From positions 163,248 to 227,247 of the IMG/VR virus record IMGVR_UViG_3300025012_000026: DNA of 64,000 nt; one strand, written 5' to 3'. The translations under genes and the position numbers were made by a program. Shown in pieces: positions 42,488 to 54,373 of this stretch (the stretch's first letter is position 1; each line of letters starts with the position of its first letter). The notes beneath the pieces were generated by a model. That model had not been told where the DNA came from. It ran no database searches and was given only the letters and a program-made list of their open reading frames with translations.

Positions 42488-43309
42488 TCAACACACTCCT
42501 TCAATAATTTTATTTTTACAAGTTTCAGCAAATTCAGTATGTTTATCGTTCAATCCATAATATTTCTTGCATATTCTATCATAAAACTTGCCATCACCTT
42601 GATTAACACTACCAACGATAATATATTCAACTTTTGATACAGTTAAATTATTTTCCTCTACAATCATTTTACAATGACCAAAACGATGTTGATATTTATT
42701 GTTTCCTAGATTAACTCTACAATATTTTGTAGCATGAATCATAGCACTAATTTTACGTTTAATAATTGGAGTGGTTAGTGATTTAGCATTATGAATATGT
42801 TGTTGGTATTCTTGGATTACACGTTTTGGTATGAAGTATAATAGATACATTTATTTATCATCTTCCTTCCATTCGAGTAATATCTTGATGATCTTTTCAC
42901 GGTTTGTTAATTGTTTCATGTTAGTTCCCTCCTTTTATTTATTTTATTCCCAAGGAAATGGTTCATGTAATGCTAATTTAGTTATTTCATTATTCTTAAA
43001 AATATCTTCAGAAGGAAAACTTTCAGTAAAGTAAATTTCTAGATTATTAAATAATTCTTCAGGAACATTATCACAATACTCAAAGAAGTTATTTGAATTT
43101 CTTTGCCCATGTCTTTCACCAATTACAAATATGAATTTCTCACCTTTCTTGAATTTTCCATAGTCAGTGTCAATTGGTTTCAATAGAGTAATAATTTCTA
43201 CTGGAATGTGCATATTGAATGAATCTTTACCATTGATTTTAATTGTATTGACTAGTTTGATGAAGTTTTTAGTTGAATTTGTTTTGATATATGATTCTTG
43301 ATATCCCAT
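42488..43309 (-). other. Two hypothetical ORFs (42488-42850, 42944-43309)
   Basis: ORF track. Confidence 0.55.
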
Positions 43310-43369
43310 GTTTATTACCTTCTTTCGTTTTTTAGTTTTATTTAATATAATTGATTTTGATAATGGTAA

Positions 43370-43930
43370 TTATAAGTTAAGTTCCATGTATACATCGTCT
43401 AATTCATCTTGAGTAATACCGATATATCGCAACGTTTCCTTTGGAGAAGAATGATTTAAAATGGACTGAATTATAACAATATCTACCCCTGCAATATACG
43501 CATGATAACCCATGCTTTTTCTAAGGCTGTGACTCCCAATATTTTCCTTTACACCACAAGATCGTGCTGCTTTATTAATGATGCGATATGCGTGTTGTCT
43601 AGTAATCGGTTCGTTTCCTTTTCTAGAGGAAAATAGAACTGTTTCTGGTTTACTAAATGTAATATATTCCGTCAATGCTTGTAATGCGTTTGCAGACAAA
43701 GGAAAACTTTTTGTTTTAGATGTCTTCTTTTCTTTTACAATCAACCTATCTCTAACCTTACCTTTTTCGTCTACTACGTCCGAAACGTTAAATTTAAGTA
43801 AGTCAGATATTCTTAATCCAGAATTAATTCCTAATACAAATAACGCCCAATCTCTAAGACTTTGAGATTTTAAATAGATTTTCATCTCTTCGATCTTCTT
43901 CTTATCTCGGATTGGTTCTACTGTTTCCAC
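43370..43930 (-). CDS. Small tyrosine recombinase (catalytic domain only)
   Basis: GLRISD, EKKT, HSLRKS, LNHSS..TLRYIG: intact R-K-H-R-H-Y set; GTG start with RBS AAGGAGG. Confidence 0.92.
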   Translation of the reverse strand: METVEPIRDKKKIEEMKIYLKSQSLRDWALFVLGINSGLRISDLLKFNVSDVVDEKGKVRDRLIVKEKKTSKTKSFPLSANALQALTEYITFSKPETVLFSSRKGNEPITRQHAYRIINKAARSCGVKENIGSHSLRKSMGYHAYIAGVDIVIIQSILNHSSPKETLRYIGITQDELDDVYMELNL

Positions 43931-43945
43931 TTTTTATAACCTCCT

Positions 43946-44065
43946 TTAAATCTTCACTGTAAGCCCAGAATTTGACCTGTAAGCTTCTTTACTATCATCA
44001 TTGACATTAACATACACCGCGACTAATAAGAGGATTAGAAGAGCAATTAAGAGTTTATTTTTCAT
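43946..44065 (-). CDS. 39-aa signal-peptide-bearing small protein (not in ORF track)
   Basis: MKNKLLIALLILLLVAVYVNVNDDSKEAYRSNSGLTVKI*; RBS AAGGAGTGA. Confidence 0.6.
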   Translation of the reverse strand: MKNKLLIALLILLLVAVYVNVNDDSKEAYRSNSGLTVKI

Positions 44066-44156
44066 TATTATCACTCCTTAAATTTATTTATGATTTAATA
44101 TATTACAATTTAAAGAGATAATGCATGGTTTAAAAATTTTATTTTTATAATATGTA

Positions 44157-44384
44157 TTAACATTCACAACCATAAGCAAATTCTAATAATCCTGCTTGCT
44201 TGAGTATCTTCTTTGCCAGTGGCCTGCAAATTTCTTTTGATTTACCATGATCCGGTAATGTAATATGGTTATCAGTATTTTCATTTTGGAAAGTTATGTG
44301 GGAACTTTTCCTATGAGATGGTTTCCATCCATGCTGTGTTAGTATCTGTGACATTTCTTTTAAAGTGTATCCTCTCATCCTCAT
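44157..44384 (-). CDS. hicA: HicA-family toxin, orphan
   Basis: ILTQHGW..RKSSHITF..ITLPDHG..KKILKQAGL. Confidence 0.85.
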   Translation of the reverse strand: MRMRGYTLKEMSQILTQHGWKPSHRKSSHITFQNENTDNHITLPDHGKSKEICRPLAKKILKQAGLLEFAYGCEC

Positions 44385-44554
44385 TTATATGAATCACCTC
44401 CTTTCTATAGATTAATAATAAATTGGCAAATTTAAAGTTTGTGCTTAAATAATTTTTCTTTTGTAATTTTAAAAGTTTCTTTAACCATTTTACACCATAG
44501 ATATATTACCATGATATATAAAATAATAACAAGTGTCCACGCAATTACAATCAT

Positions 44555-47500
44555 TTATACCACCTTCTCTTTATAATATTTATAATTACAATCTCTAATA
44601 TCCTTAACATGATCATAACAACCAATTAATGAAAATTGATGTTCATGCGATTTCCTTTCTTCCGAATAATTTTTGCTATGCACTAAATTATCCAATTCTT
44701 CATATTGCTTATCTAACTCCTCTGGTGAAATATTTTGGTCTACCAATACCTTAATATTGTATCGTGGACTACTCCAACATCCATCCTTATTCTCATCGCG
44801 TATCCCTACCATTTTTATTTGTGAAAACATATTTGGCAATTCTTTAAAGAAATTAAAAGCAAATAATCTGTCAAATTCGTGGTTCTCTTCAGTTTGTCTT
44901 CTCATTTCAATAAATTCATTCCATTGCCTTTCTACATAATCTTCTTGGGTTATAGATTCATCTCTTCTAAATTGGTTATAAAGTTCAGTTTCTTCGTTAA
45001 ATTCTCTAATACATTGATAACCCTGATAATAAAATTCTCCATCACCCCAATCTACTTTTTCATAAGCAACTAAAGCATTATCATCAGTATATGAGTCAAC
45101 GAAGCACAATTTGGAATTTTCGTTAATTACTTTTACTTTCTCTAGAAATAAATCAATCTCATTTTCAAAACTTAAATATGTTGCACTTGGTTTAAATTTA
45201 TCAATAAGCCATTCATGTTCACCAAAAATTTGATATCCTTTTTTAGTTAACCATATTCCATATTTCCATAATGGAGTTTCTTTTAATGTAAAATGACACA
45301 CTGTATTTTGACCAAATGAAAATATAAAATATCCGTCACCAAATGTTTTCTTGGTTATAGTAAATTTATCTGAAACTTGAGTTAAGATATTTTCTAGTCT
45401 TGATTTGTTGTATTTCTTTATTAATCTTTTTTTCATTTTAATTATCCTCCTTCATTGCATAAATTTTCAATGATCTTTCTAGAGATTCTAATGTAACTTT
45501 CATCATAGGAGTTGATTTGATTTTAATTTTACCATGATGGATTTTTAAGTTTACAGCCCTAGTGTCAAATTTATAATCTCCAATTCGATATGTACCATAT
45601 CTGTCCTTTGTTGCATTGTATTTTACAAGTAAGGAGTTGATACTTGCAATGTGATTTTCTCTTGCAGTTGACATTTTTATGTACCTCCTGATAAATTTAT
45701 TTCTGTATTTATAATAACACAAATACAATATAAAGTCAATTACACAAAACAATTAAAATGCAATTTTTAATGGATTTAGTGTACGCTGAAAGTGGCTTAT
45801 AGCTTGATTTTTGAAAATTGGAAATCTTGAAATTTAAGAAATAATAACTTTACTATCTAGATTTTCAACACATGCAGAATATAATCTCTCTAAAACTTTT
45901 AATGCCCCTTTGTAATCTCCCCATCCATTTTCAGGATTCATATCTTCATAATGTTTTGGATTATTCTTCATTTTATTAATTGAATTTTTAAGTAATGGTA
46001 AGCAATCTTTCGCTGATTTGCCATATAATTCATATAAACCATCACCACCAATTGCGTCTCTAAACATACTAGCAACATTATAAGTATAATTATCGTCATA
46101 TATTTCTTTTTCATCACAGTTAACCAAATTAATATCATAACTCATCTCAAAATTCCTCCTTTCAATTTGTTAATTATATTCATATAAAAATTTATAGTAT
46201 TCCATAAACTCAATTTCTGCTAAATCTGCATAATCAATAATATTTCCATTAGGAGTTTTTCTTATATACTCTATGCAATTTTTACAGCCATACTTTTCCT
46301 TAATTATTATTCCTTCATATATCTCATCCTTATTAATATAGGGTATAAATAATAAATCATCTTCATCCCATAATACTTTAAATTTAACTTTTTTACCTAT
46401 CCATTCCGGTGTATACATTTTTTATCCCCTCCATCCATCTTTTATTCTTCACCCAAACCATTAAACACAAACCAAGTTTCTAATAATCCTTCATGATTAA
46501 CATTAATAAATATTTGATCTGACTTATCTAAAATGTCTCTAATAAAATAATATCTGTGTTCATTATCTTCTCTTGATGGTATATCTAGATTGTGTTTAGT
46601 TTTTACAATCATATGTATTTCAAATTTGTTGTCTATGATTTTAGCGACATCTTCACCATAAAAATGATCAAACTTTTTCTTGGTATTATTTAGAAAGTTT
46701 TCTACTTCTTGTTTAGATTTCAAAACTTATCATCCTTCCACATATTGCTGTTTGTTCCCTCTTTATAATCCATAGTTAACCACATTAATTTAGTAGCTAA
46801 AATTTCATGATCCATCTCTGAATGATTGCTGTTTTTGAATTGAATATAGATGATGTTAATTTCTTGAAGATATTCATTTTCAGTCATTCAATAAACCACC
46901 TTTCTAATTTATCTATCACAAATATCTAACCACTGTGCTTCGGTGCCACTAGCCGTAATAGCTAATTTTTGACCATTTGTGAATGTATATTCAACTCTTA
47001 TAATATTTGTATCCCAATGATCTTTGTAGATTTCAACATTAGAAATTTCCAAACCAATTGTAGATTTTAATAATTCTTCTTCCATGATTTTGTCTCCTTT
47101 CTAAGACTGTTAATCCAACTGCTTTAATTTTTCCTGTTGTTTTAGTTTAATTTCCTTATTTCTAATTTTATACTTAATAATAAATTCAATTGTCATCCAT
47201 ATTAACCCAGCTATTAAAGTTTTATAAACATTGCTTGTGATTCCCCAAGCATACAACCAAACTATAATATCAAGAAGCGTAAATTGTGGAGTAGTAATTT
47301 CTTTTAGAAACCACATAATATCCTTTATCCTCCTTATAAAATAAGTTATTCTATTCACTATCATCAAACTTAAAATGATTTCTAATCATAGTCGATAATG
47401 GTTTAGGATAATCAAATTTACCATCCAATATTTTCAAATTATAAACTCCAATACTTGTATAAATTTTATTCAATAATTCCTCTGCTTCTTTTAAATACTC

Positions 47501-47617
47501 AATTTCTTCAAGTAATTTATCTAATTCCATTACTGACCTCCTGTAATATACTCTTAATTTCTTCAGGAATATCTTTTCTATCTTTCCAATATGATTGTCC
47601 AACTCGACATATTCCAA
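44555..47617 (-). other. Hypothetical ORFs (44555-45436 of 293 aa, 45438-45752, 45834-46145, 46170-46418, 46442-46723, 47110-47367, 47351-47617)
   Basis: ORF track and RBSs. Confidence 0.55.
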
Positions 47618-47867
47618 TCAAAGAATTATGGTCTCTACACATGCTAGACCTTCTCTCATAAGCAGAACAAGAATGCATTCCTTGCCCATCTACGGTTAAC
47701 CATTTACAAACAGATCCTTGTTCTTCAATATTTTCATTTATATAATCATCTAAATTATCTTCATTTACAGTTTCCAAAAAATCAGGAGATAAGTCGCTTG
47801 TTTCATATTTTGGTACAAAACATAAATAACCTTTACAACAGTGACCACATCTTAGACATTGAGACAT
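47517..47867 (-). CDS. YkgJ-like Cys-cluster (CxxCxxCC) protein
   Basis: MSQCLRCGHCC..CKWL..CSAYERRSSMCR. Confidence 0.65.
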   Translation of the reverse strand: MSQCLRCGHCCKGYLCFVPKYETSDLSPDFLETVNEDNLDDYINENIEEQGSVCKWLTVDGQGMHSCSAYERRSSMCRDHNSLIGICRVGQSYWKDRKDIPEEIKSILQEVSNGIR

Positions 47868-48232
47868 TTTATCATTTCCTTTCTTCGGGATCTCCACAAT
47901 ATCTGCAAGAGTCTTCATTATAACTTCCATCTTCCTGCTCATAATCACATTCTAAAGTTGGTGAAGTTGGACAGTACCAACTAAGATGTTTCCCACATAT
48001 TTTACAATCGGCTGATCCCCAATCATTAATAGTTAAATCACTATGATTGCATAAACTCTTATATTGTTTTACTTTGTCATGTAATAAATTTAATTCATTC
48101 TTTTTCTGTATTATTTCTTCGCTAATATTGCCTATAAGTTGCTTTAATTCATCATTTGTATATTTTTTCATAATAAATACCTTCTTTCATTTTTCGTCAT
48201 TTAAAATGAGTCTTTCAAATGGAATTCTAATT

Positions 48233-48792
48233 CTAATCACCTTCATGAGTATATATCTTAGACGTATTTACACTAATATGTTTTTCATCTACATATTTTA
48301 ATGCTTCATCTTTTGCTTCCCACATTGAATTAAATTGTAGTCTTTCGATATTCCTTGGCATATTACTTTGGAGATAATAATGCTTACCTCCCCACCTTTA
48401 GCAATATTAATAACTTCTTCAATATCAGGAAATTGGTAATTGTCAGTTTTAATTTCCTTTAATACTGTTACATTTTCATTTAATTCAAAACGATTAGCGT
48501 CACTAGCCCATAATAATGTTTTCCCTTGTTCTAAAGTTTTAATAACATTAGAAGTTAAATTGTCTATAAATAAGAAAGGATTGTGGATATTTGATTCTTT
48601 TATTTTGCCTTCTAATAATTGCTCTAATTGTCTAGAATAAATACCACCTAGTTTGCCTTTTAACCATTCAATAATTTCAACTAATCCATTGAGATTTTCC
48701 GAAGAAATTTTTAAATACCACTGTGCTTTATAATTTGGGATATCTGCATATACAAAATTAAAAGATGTTTCTTCTGAACCATTATACAACAT
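48233..48792 (-). pseudogene. Probable frameshifted gene (shift near 48395)
   Basis: An alternative frame from about 48395 reads WGGKHYYLQSN..FNSMWEAKDEALKYVDEK..EGD*, more protein-like than the annotated tail. Confidence 0.45.
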
Positions 48793-48833
48793 AATTTTCC
48801 TCCTTAATACTTCAATTTATGAATTCCCTACTA

Positions 48834-51800
48834 CTATTGCACCTTAGTAATCGTAACATCAAAATCAACTTCCCACTCACCATCATCCCATTCCTTATCA
48901 AATATCTCAATCAAATGACATTTCGTACACCTTACACCATAATTAGCAGAACCATATCCATTACAAACATTTGTATCGCTACAAGAAGTTCTACTATGAT
49001 TGATTAAACTCAGAATCAAATCTTTTTGCTCTCTGAATTTTTCAATTTTAGCTTTTGCAATATTTTTGCGTTTATTTAATTCTTCTTCCTTTAATAGTTT
49101 CTGTTGCTTTTCTACTTGCTTACTTAACTCTTGCAATTCTTGTGCAGACATTTTAGAGACATCCATATTCATACTTCCTTTCGATTTCCTGTTTGTTAGG
49201 GGTTATTTTAGTCTATGAAATAAATCTAAAACTTTCTCTAATGCATATACTTTACCATCCCTAAACGAATATGTTAAATCCTTTAAATATGGTTGCTTTG
49301 CAGATTCTTCTGCCTCTTTCAGCATTTCTTCAATCTTTTCTTTTAGTTCGTTAATATCCATAATTCAACATCCTTTCATATCATCCGATAATATCTATCA
49401 TTTAAAGTACAAAGTCTAAATTCTTATTGATTATTTTTCTAATTGAATCAAAATCATTAATGTCTTTTAACAACAATATTTTACATCTTCTCAAAATTCC
49501 TAAATAACGTATGAAATCATAGTCATGATATGTTGATTTAAATTCATCTTTTATCTTAGATGCTAACTCTTTACTTATAATAGTTTCAATTTCTGTTAAT
49601 AATTTTTCTTCTTGCATTAACAAATTAATTCTACTTTTGCCTTCTCCAGACATTATACCATAATAATATGGAAGATATTTTAAATTTATCATATAGTCCC
49701 TCCTTAAACAAATCCTTGTTCGTCCATCTAATTTTACGGTTTCATTATTACTCATGTTGAAGAATTTTGATTTAATTCATTGCTGATTTGATCTATAAAC
49801 TGATATAATCTTTCATATGCGTTTATATATTCGTCAATTCTTTGTTCACTAATATCATCTTTACGATTCCAAACGATATCATTCAATTCTCTTGAACAAA
49901 AAACAATGTTGTGTTTATTACCTAATTCTTTCAGTTTGCTTAGTTTAATTTGAAAAGTATCATGCTCTTTGAAATACTTTTCTTCTTCTCTAAATAAAAG
50001 ATCGCACAAATCATGAAACCACTGATCAATTATGTTGCCTCCAGTATAGGCCATCTGATATGAATATTCTGTTGATGGGCAAGTAGTACTCATATCTTTA
50101 AATTCTGTACCAAACAACCAATACTTTCCTACTTTATAATCTGTATCGATAATTTTTCTTTCATCATTTCTTTTAATCCATGCTTTTTTAGAAACTGTTT
50201 TTACATAATCGTAATTATCTTTTGGTAGTGAATCTTTTTCATTTTCCCATTTAGATAAAATATTTAACAAATAAGATGCAACACCATCTTTTAAATCATC
50301 TATGAATTTAACTTTTTCATTCTCAGTCAATTGATTTTCGATTTCGTATATTTTACATTTGCCTGTTGTAATTCTAAAATTAGAAATATGTTTAATTGAA
50401 GTTTTCATATTGTAAAATATCAAATCTTCTACTTTGTATTCCATTTTAATAATCTCCTTTTCAACTGCTCACCCTTATTGTTGAGTCAGTTTACAATACC
50501 TTAAAATCGTGCATTTATTTGAGACTACTCAATTTCATATTGGTTATAAAATCCACCATATTTAATTAATTTTCTCACTCCTTGCATCGTACCAACATCT
50601 GCCTGACAGTCAATTGATATTCAAATAAAAGATTCTAGCAATCTCTATTTGATTATCAATTTCCATCATAAATATTACAGTGTTCAATTCTCCGTCATTT
50701 TCATAGGTGTGTAGAATATCAAATTTCTTACCATTAATCCTATTACCATACCACTCTTGAAGTTTGACGTAGAATGGGAATTCAGGTTTACTCTTAATGT
50801 CTTTTAGCATATTCATTTAATCAATCCTTCCTTTTGCTTCTAATTCTGAATCTAAATATTTTTGTTCTTGTATTAGAAACAAATCTACTGGAATGCTAAA
50901 TCTTACAAGACCACTTTTATAATCATAAACTTCTTCTGGTTTCTCACCAAATCTATCTAAAATAATTCCCGAGCCTTCATTAAACAAAATACCTGCTTCC
51001 CAATCTCCATTTTCTACTCTTTGAAATCTGCAAACTTCCATTTTGTAAAGCGGATATAGTTTTTTCATAGTTGGTTTCTCCTCTTCTTTCTTTGAAGATT
51101 CAAACATTTTAACATAGTGCAAAATACTAGCCAAATGTATTTGTTCTAAATCTTTAAAATTTTTGTTTATCAATGCAGGTATAAGAATAGTATCATTTTC
51201 TTTCTTTGATTTTTGTTCATATGAAGTTAATTCTGCATTGTCTGGATACAATTCTTGCATATAAGTAATTGCTCCTTGAATTTGTTGATTGGTTAAGGAA
51301 ATGACTTGTGGTAATAACATTAAAATCATCCTCTTTCTTTAATTTAGTATTTCAAATAGTATATTTATACTAATACATTATCTACTAATTCAATTGATCC
51401 ATCAGAATATTCATATCTAGTCTTATACTTGTTAGTAATTTCATCTAACTGTCCAGAAATACGTACAATACGTTTTTCTCCAAGTTTGTTTAAGTATCCT
51501 TCAGGAATATATACTAAACTAAATCCTGCGTCTTTGCCATCATCGTAATCAATAGAATAACCCCAAGTATACTCCTCAAGTCTGTTATGATAAATCCATT
51601 TGATTGCCTTGACTACTCCTGTAGCACTACTACACCATCCATGAATCTCAACTTTTTCATTAATTGAATATTTAGGTTCTCTTTTATCCATTTTTAATCA
51701 TCCTTTCTAATTTTTCTACAGGAAAACTCATTCCCCTTGCTGGATTTTCATTTAATCCTACTGCATAACCATTAACTAATTCAAACCAATAAGTAATGTT

Positions 51801-52708
51801 TTTATGCTTACCAATCCATTTTTCTTCTCTTGCATCATATTCTTTAATTACTCCAACTTCTGAAAATTTTCTAGCTCGACAGTCATCAAATTCACAACCC
51901 ATGAACTCATATGGTAATTCATCTCTAAGCTTTCTCATAGTTTAAAACAATCCTCTCATTTGTTAATCCATTTCATCAGGAATAAATTCTTTTACATATT
52001 TATCAACTAATTTCCATAGACCATCATTGCCGACTCCCCATTCCTTATAAATGATATCTTGGCACTTATTTGATAAAAGTGATTGGTTGCTAGGCTTTTT
52101 AGAAAATGTCATCTTCTCAAATTGCTCATTAACTAAATTGTAAACTTTTTCATCCATCTAAAATCTCTCCTTACATCCACTTCTCAGATATTTTTTCCAT
52201 ATAACCATTCTGATTTACTTTAGGATAAAACATCATCTTTTTATGCATCTTTTCATATAAACAAAGTTTTCCGAAACTAATTGTCTGAATGTCACTAGTA
52301 AATACCCCTTCTTTTTGATCAATGTATTGAATCGTATCTTCACAACCTGAAAATTTTGCCCATGATTCCATTTGATTAACTAAATTAGTTGCAATGTGAA
52401 TAAATCCACTGTCCATTAATTCTTGATTGGTTTTTAGTTTCATCTTAAATTTCTCCTTTCTGTTCGAATACTGGTTCTACATACCCATCATCTATTAAAT
52501 CCTGCCTAAACTGAACCACATCTCCAATCTCTTCAAAATCTATGCTACACACTTCACATACACATTTTTTATTATCCCAAAATACTGCCTGTGGGTATAT
52601 TTCATCCTCAAAACATTCTTGACCACACGCTGTACATTTCATCATAATCTTCGAACAACTTTTAGAAACTCTTAATGGATTTCCCCCATCCTTCAGGTTC
52701 AACGTCAA
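48834..52708 (-). other. Cluster of small hypothetical ORFs
   Basis: Ten co-oriented ORFs including 49752-50444 and 50817-51329. Confidence 0.55.
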
Positions 52709-52832
52709 ATTCTACTGTAATTGAATCAAAATCAAGTTTATCTACATCAAGTACAATTCCTTTGCCGTGACTTACATGTTTAACTCTCATGTCTTTTTTA
52801 AAATTCATTCTAAATCTCCCCTTTCAATTCCT

Positions 52833-53099
52833 CTAAATTAATTCACTAATATCAAAACCATAACGTACCGCCAATCCCAAAGCATCTTCAAATATTGGAA
52901 TAGTTGGATTGGCTTTATTGAACCATGATTTTACTTTCTCTTCTTTGTGGTTTAAATCATTTACAATATCTACATTGCCAAAATTATATAATTTCTTAAC
53001 TTCCTGAAGATTAGTCTTAATAATTTGTCTATCAGTAGAATTGTATTTTTGCATAATGTCTAGTAATTTTGATTGTGTATATGTGTTTTTGTCTTTCAT
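52833..53099 (-). CDS. XRE-like HTH regulator, paralog of 61185-61451
   Basis: 88 aa; QSKLLDIMQKYNSTD..PIFEDALGLAVRYGFDISELI; own TTGACA-17-TAAACT promoter. Confidence 0.6.
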   Translation of the reverse strand: MKDKNTYTQSKLLDIMQKYNSTDRQIIKTNLQEVKKLYNFGNVDIVNDLNHKEEKVKSWFNKANPTIPIFEDALGLAVRYGFDISELI

Positions 53100-53243
53100 T
53101 GATGCCGTAACTCCTTTCTATTTGATAGTCTTAGTTTATCAAAATTATAGGGTATTGTCAATACTATTTTAGGAGAAATAAAAATATTATTTTAGTGTTT
53201 GTAACCTAAGAAATTACGGATTTATTGGATCATAGTTTGAGAG

Positions 53244-53268
53244 AAGCAGGAGGTTTTAAGTCCTGCTT
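53244..53268 (-). terminator. Stem-loop downstream of the BRO gene
   Basis: AAGCAGGA-9 nt-TCCTGCTT inverted repeat. Confidence 0.5.
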
Positions 53269-53287
53269 TTTATGTAATTATTTTATA

Positions 53288-54253
53288 TTATCTTGCTGTA
53301 TTTGAAGTATATTCATCTGTTTCAATTATTTTATATGCTTCAGAACAAAGCTCCCATCTCCCATTCTTATCTATGATATCTAGATAATTAACCTTACCTT
53401 TTAATGTGCTTGGTTTATAAGGATCTTTACCTTCTGCTACTCTTTCTTCATTGATTTTATCCCATTCATTCTTGCGTCTTTGATAAACATCAAAACTTCC
53501 CAATGTTTTCATTTTGCCAAATAACGCATTATATGCTTTAGATTTATCTCTTCCAAAATATTTGTTAGCTAAGATAACCATCTTTTCTGAGAAATTTGTT
53601 CTATCACATATGTATAATTGTTGCCCTTTAATTAGTTCTGTATCGGCTTTTATATCATCAACTTGACTTTGTATTAATGCCAACATTTTTGATTGTTTAT
53701 ATGTAGTCAAGTCAGTTACCTTAGAATTATAAGCAAATTGCATAAGCATATCATTAGGGTTATTAGTTAAAGTTTGTTTTAGATTATATATTGTTAGAGT
53801 GAGATTTCTTTCCGTTTCATCTTCTATAAGCATGATATTATTTTCTGTAGAATCAAATTTACCTGTTCTTTGAATCTGAGAAATTATTGCTTTAACTTTC
53901 TTTTTGAATTGTTTTGCTTGAGGAAGGAGTGAGTTATAAATCAAATCAAATACACCATCTTCATTTATGAATACCTCACCTCTATTTCCTATAGTATAAT
54001 TTTCGTAACCTCCCAAGTTACGAAAACTTTCTTTCGTAACGAGGAACCTACTTTCTTCATCTATATTATTTGTAATGGCTTTAGACAAATTAACTCTCTC
54101 ACTTTCTTTAGTAGTACAATTATCTGCATAACCTAAAATTTTAGAAACTTGTTTGCCATTGAATAATACAGTACCTTCAAACTCAAAATTTACATCATCT
54201 TTTGTTAGGATTTCTAACTCTTGTCCTTCAAAAATTGTTAATTCATTACTCAT
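53288..54253 (-). CDS. BRO-N domain antirepressor-like protein
   Basis: VLFNGKQVSKILGY..FINEDGVFDLIYNSLLPQAKQFKKKV..IQRTGKF. Confidence 0.85.
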   Translation of the reverse strand: MSNELTIFEGQELEILTKDDVNFEFEGTVLFNGKQVSKILGYADNCTTKESERVNLSKAITNNIDEESRFLVTKESFRNLGGYENYTIGNRGEVFINEDGVFDLIYNSLLPQAKQFKKKVKAIISQIQRTGKFDSTENNIMLIEDETERNLTLTIYNLKQTLTNNPNDMLMQFAYNSKVTDLTTYKQSKMLALIQSQVDDIKADTELIKGQQLYICDRTNFSEKMVILANKYFGRDKSKAYNALFGKMKTLGSFDVYQRRKNEWDKINEERVAEGKDPYKPSTLKGKVNYLDIIDKNGRWELCSEAYKIIETDEYTSNTAR

Positions 54254-54373
54254 TAATACATTACCGTCCTTTATTATTTTATTTTATTGTTACTGTTTAT
54301 GTATATTATTATTTAGTATCTTACAATCATATATAGCATCACATCCTTAAATAGATTAAATTATTATTTGATA

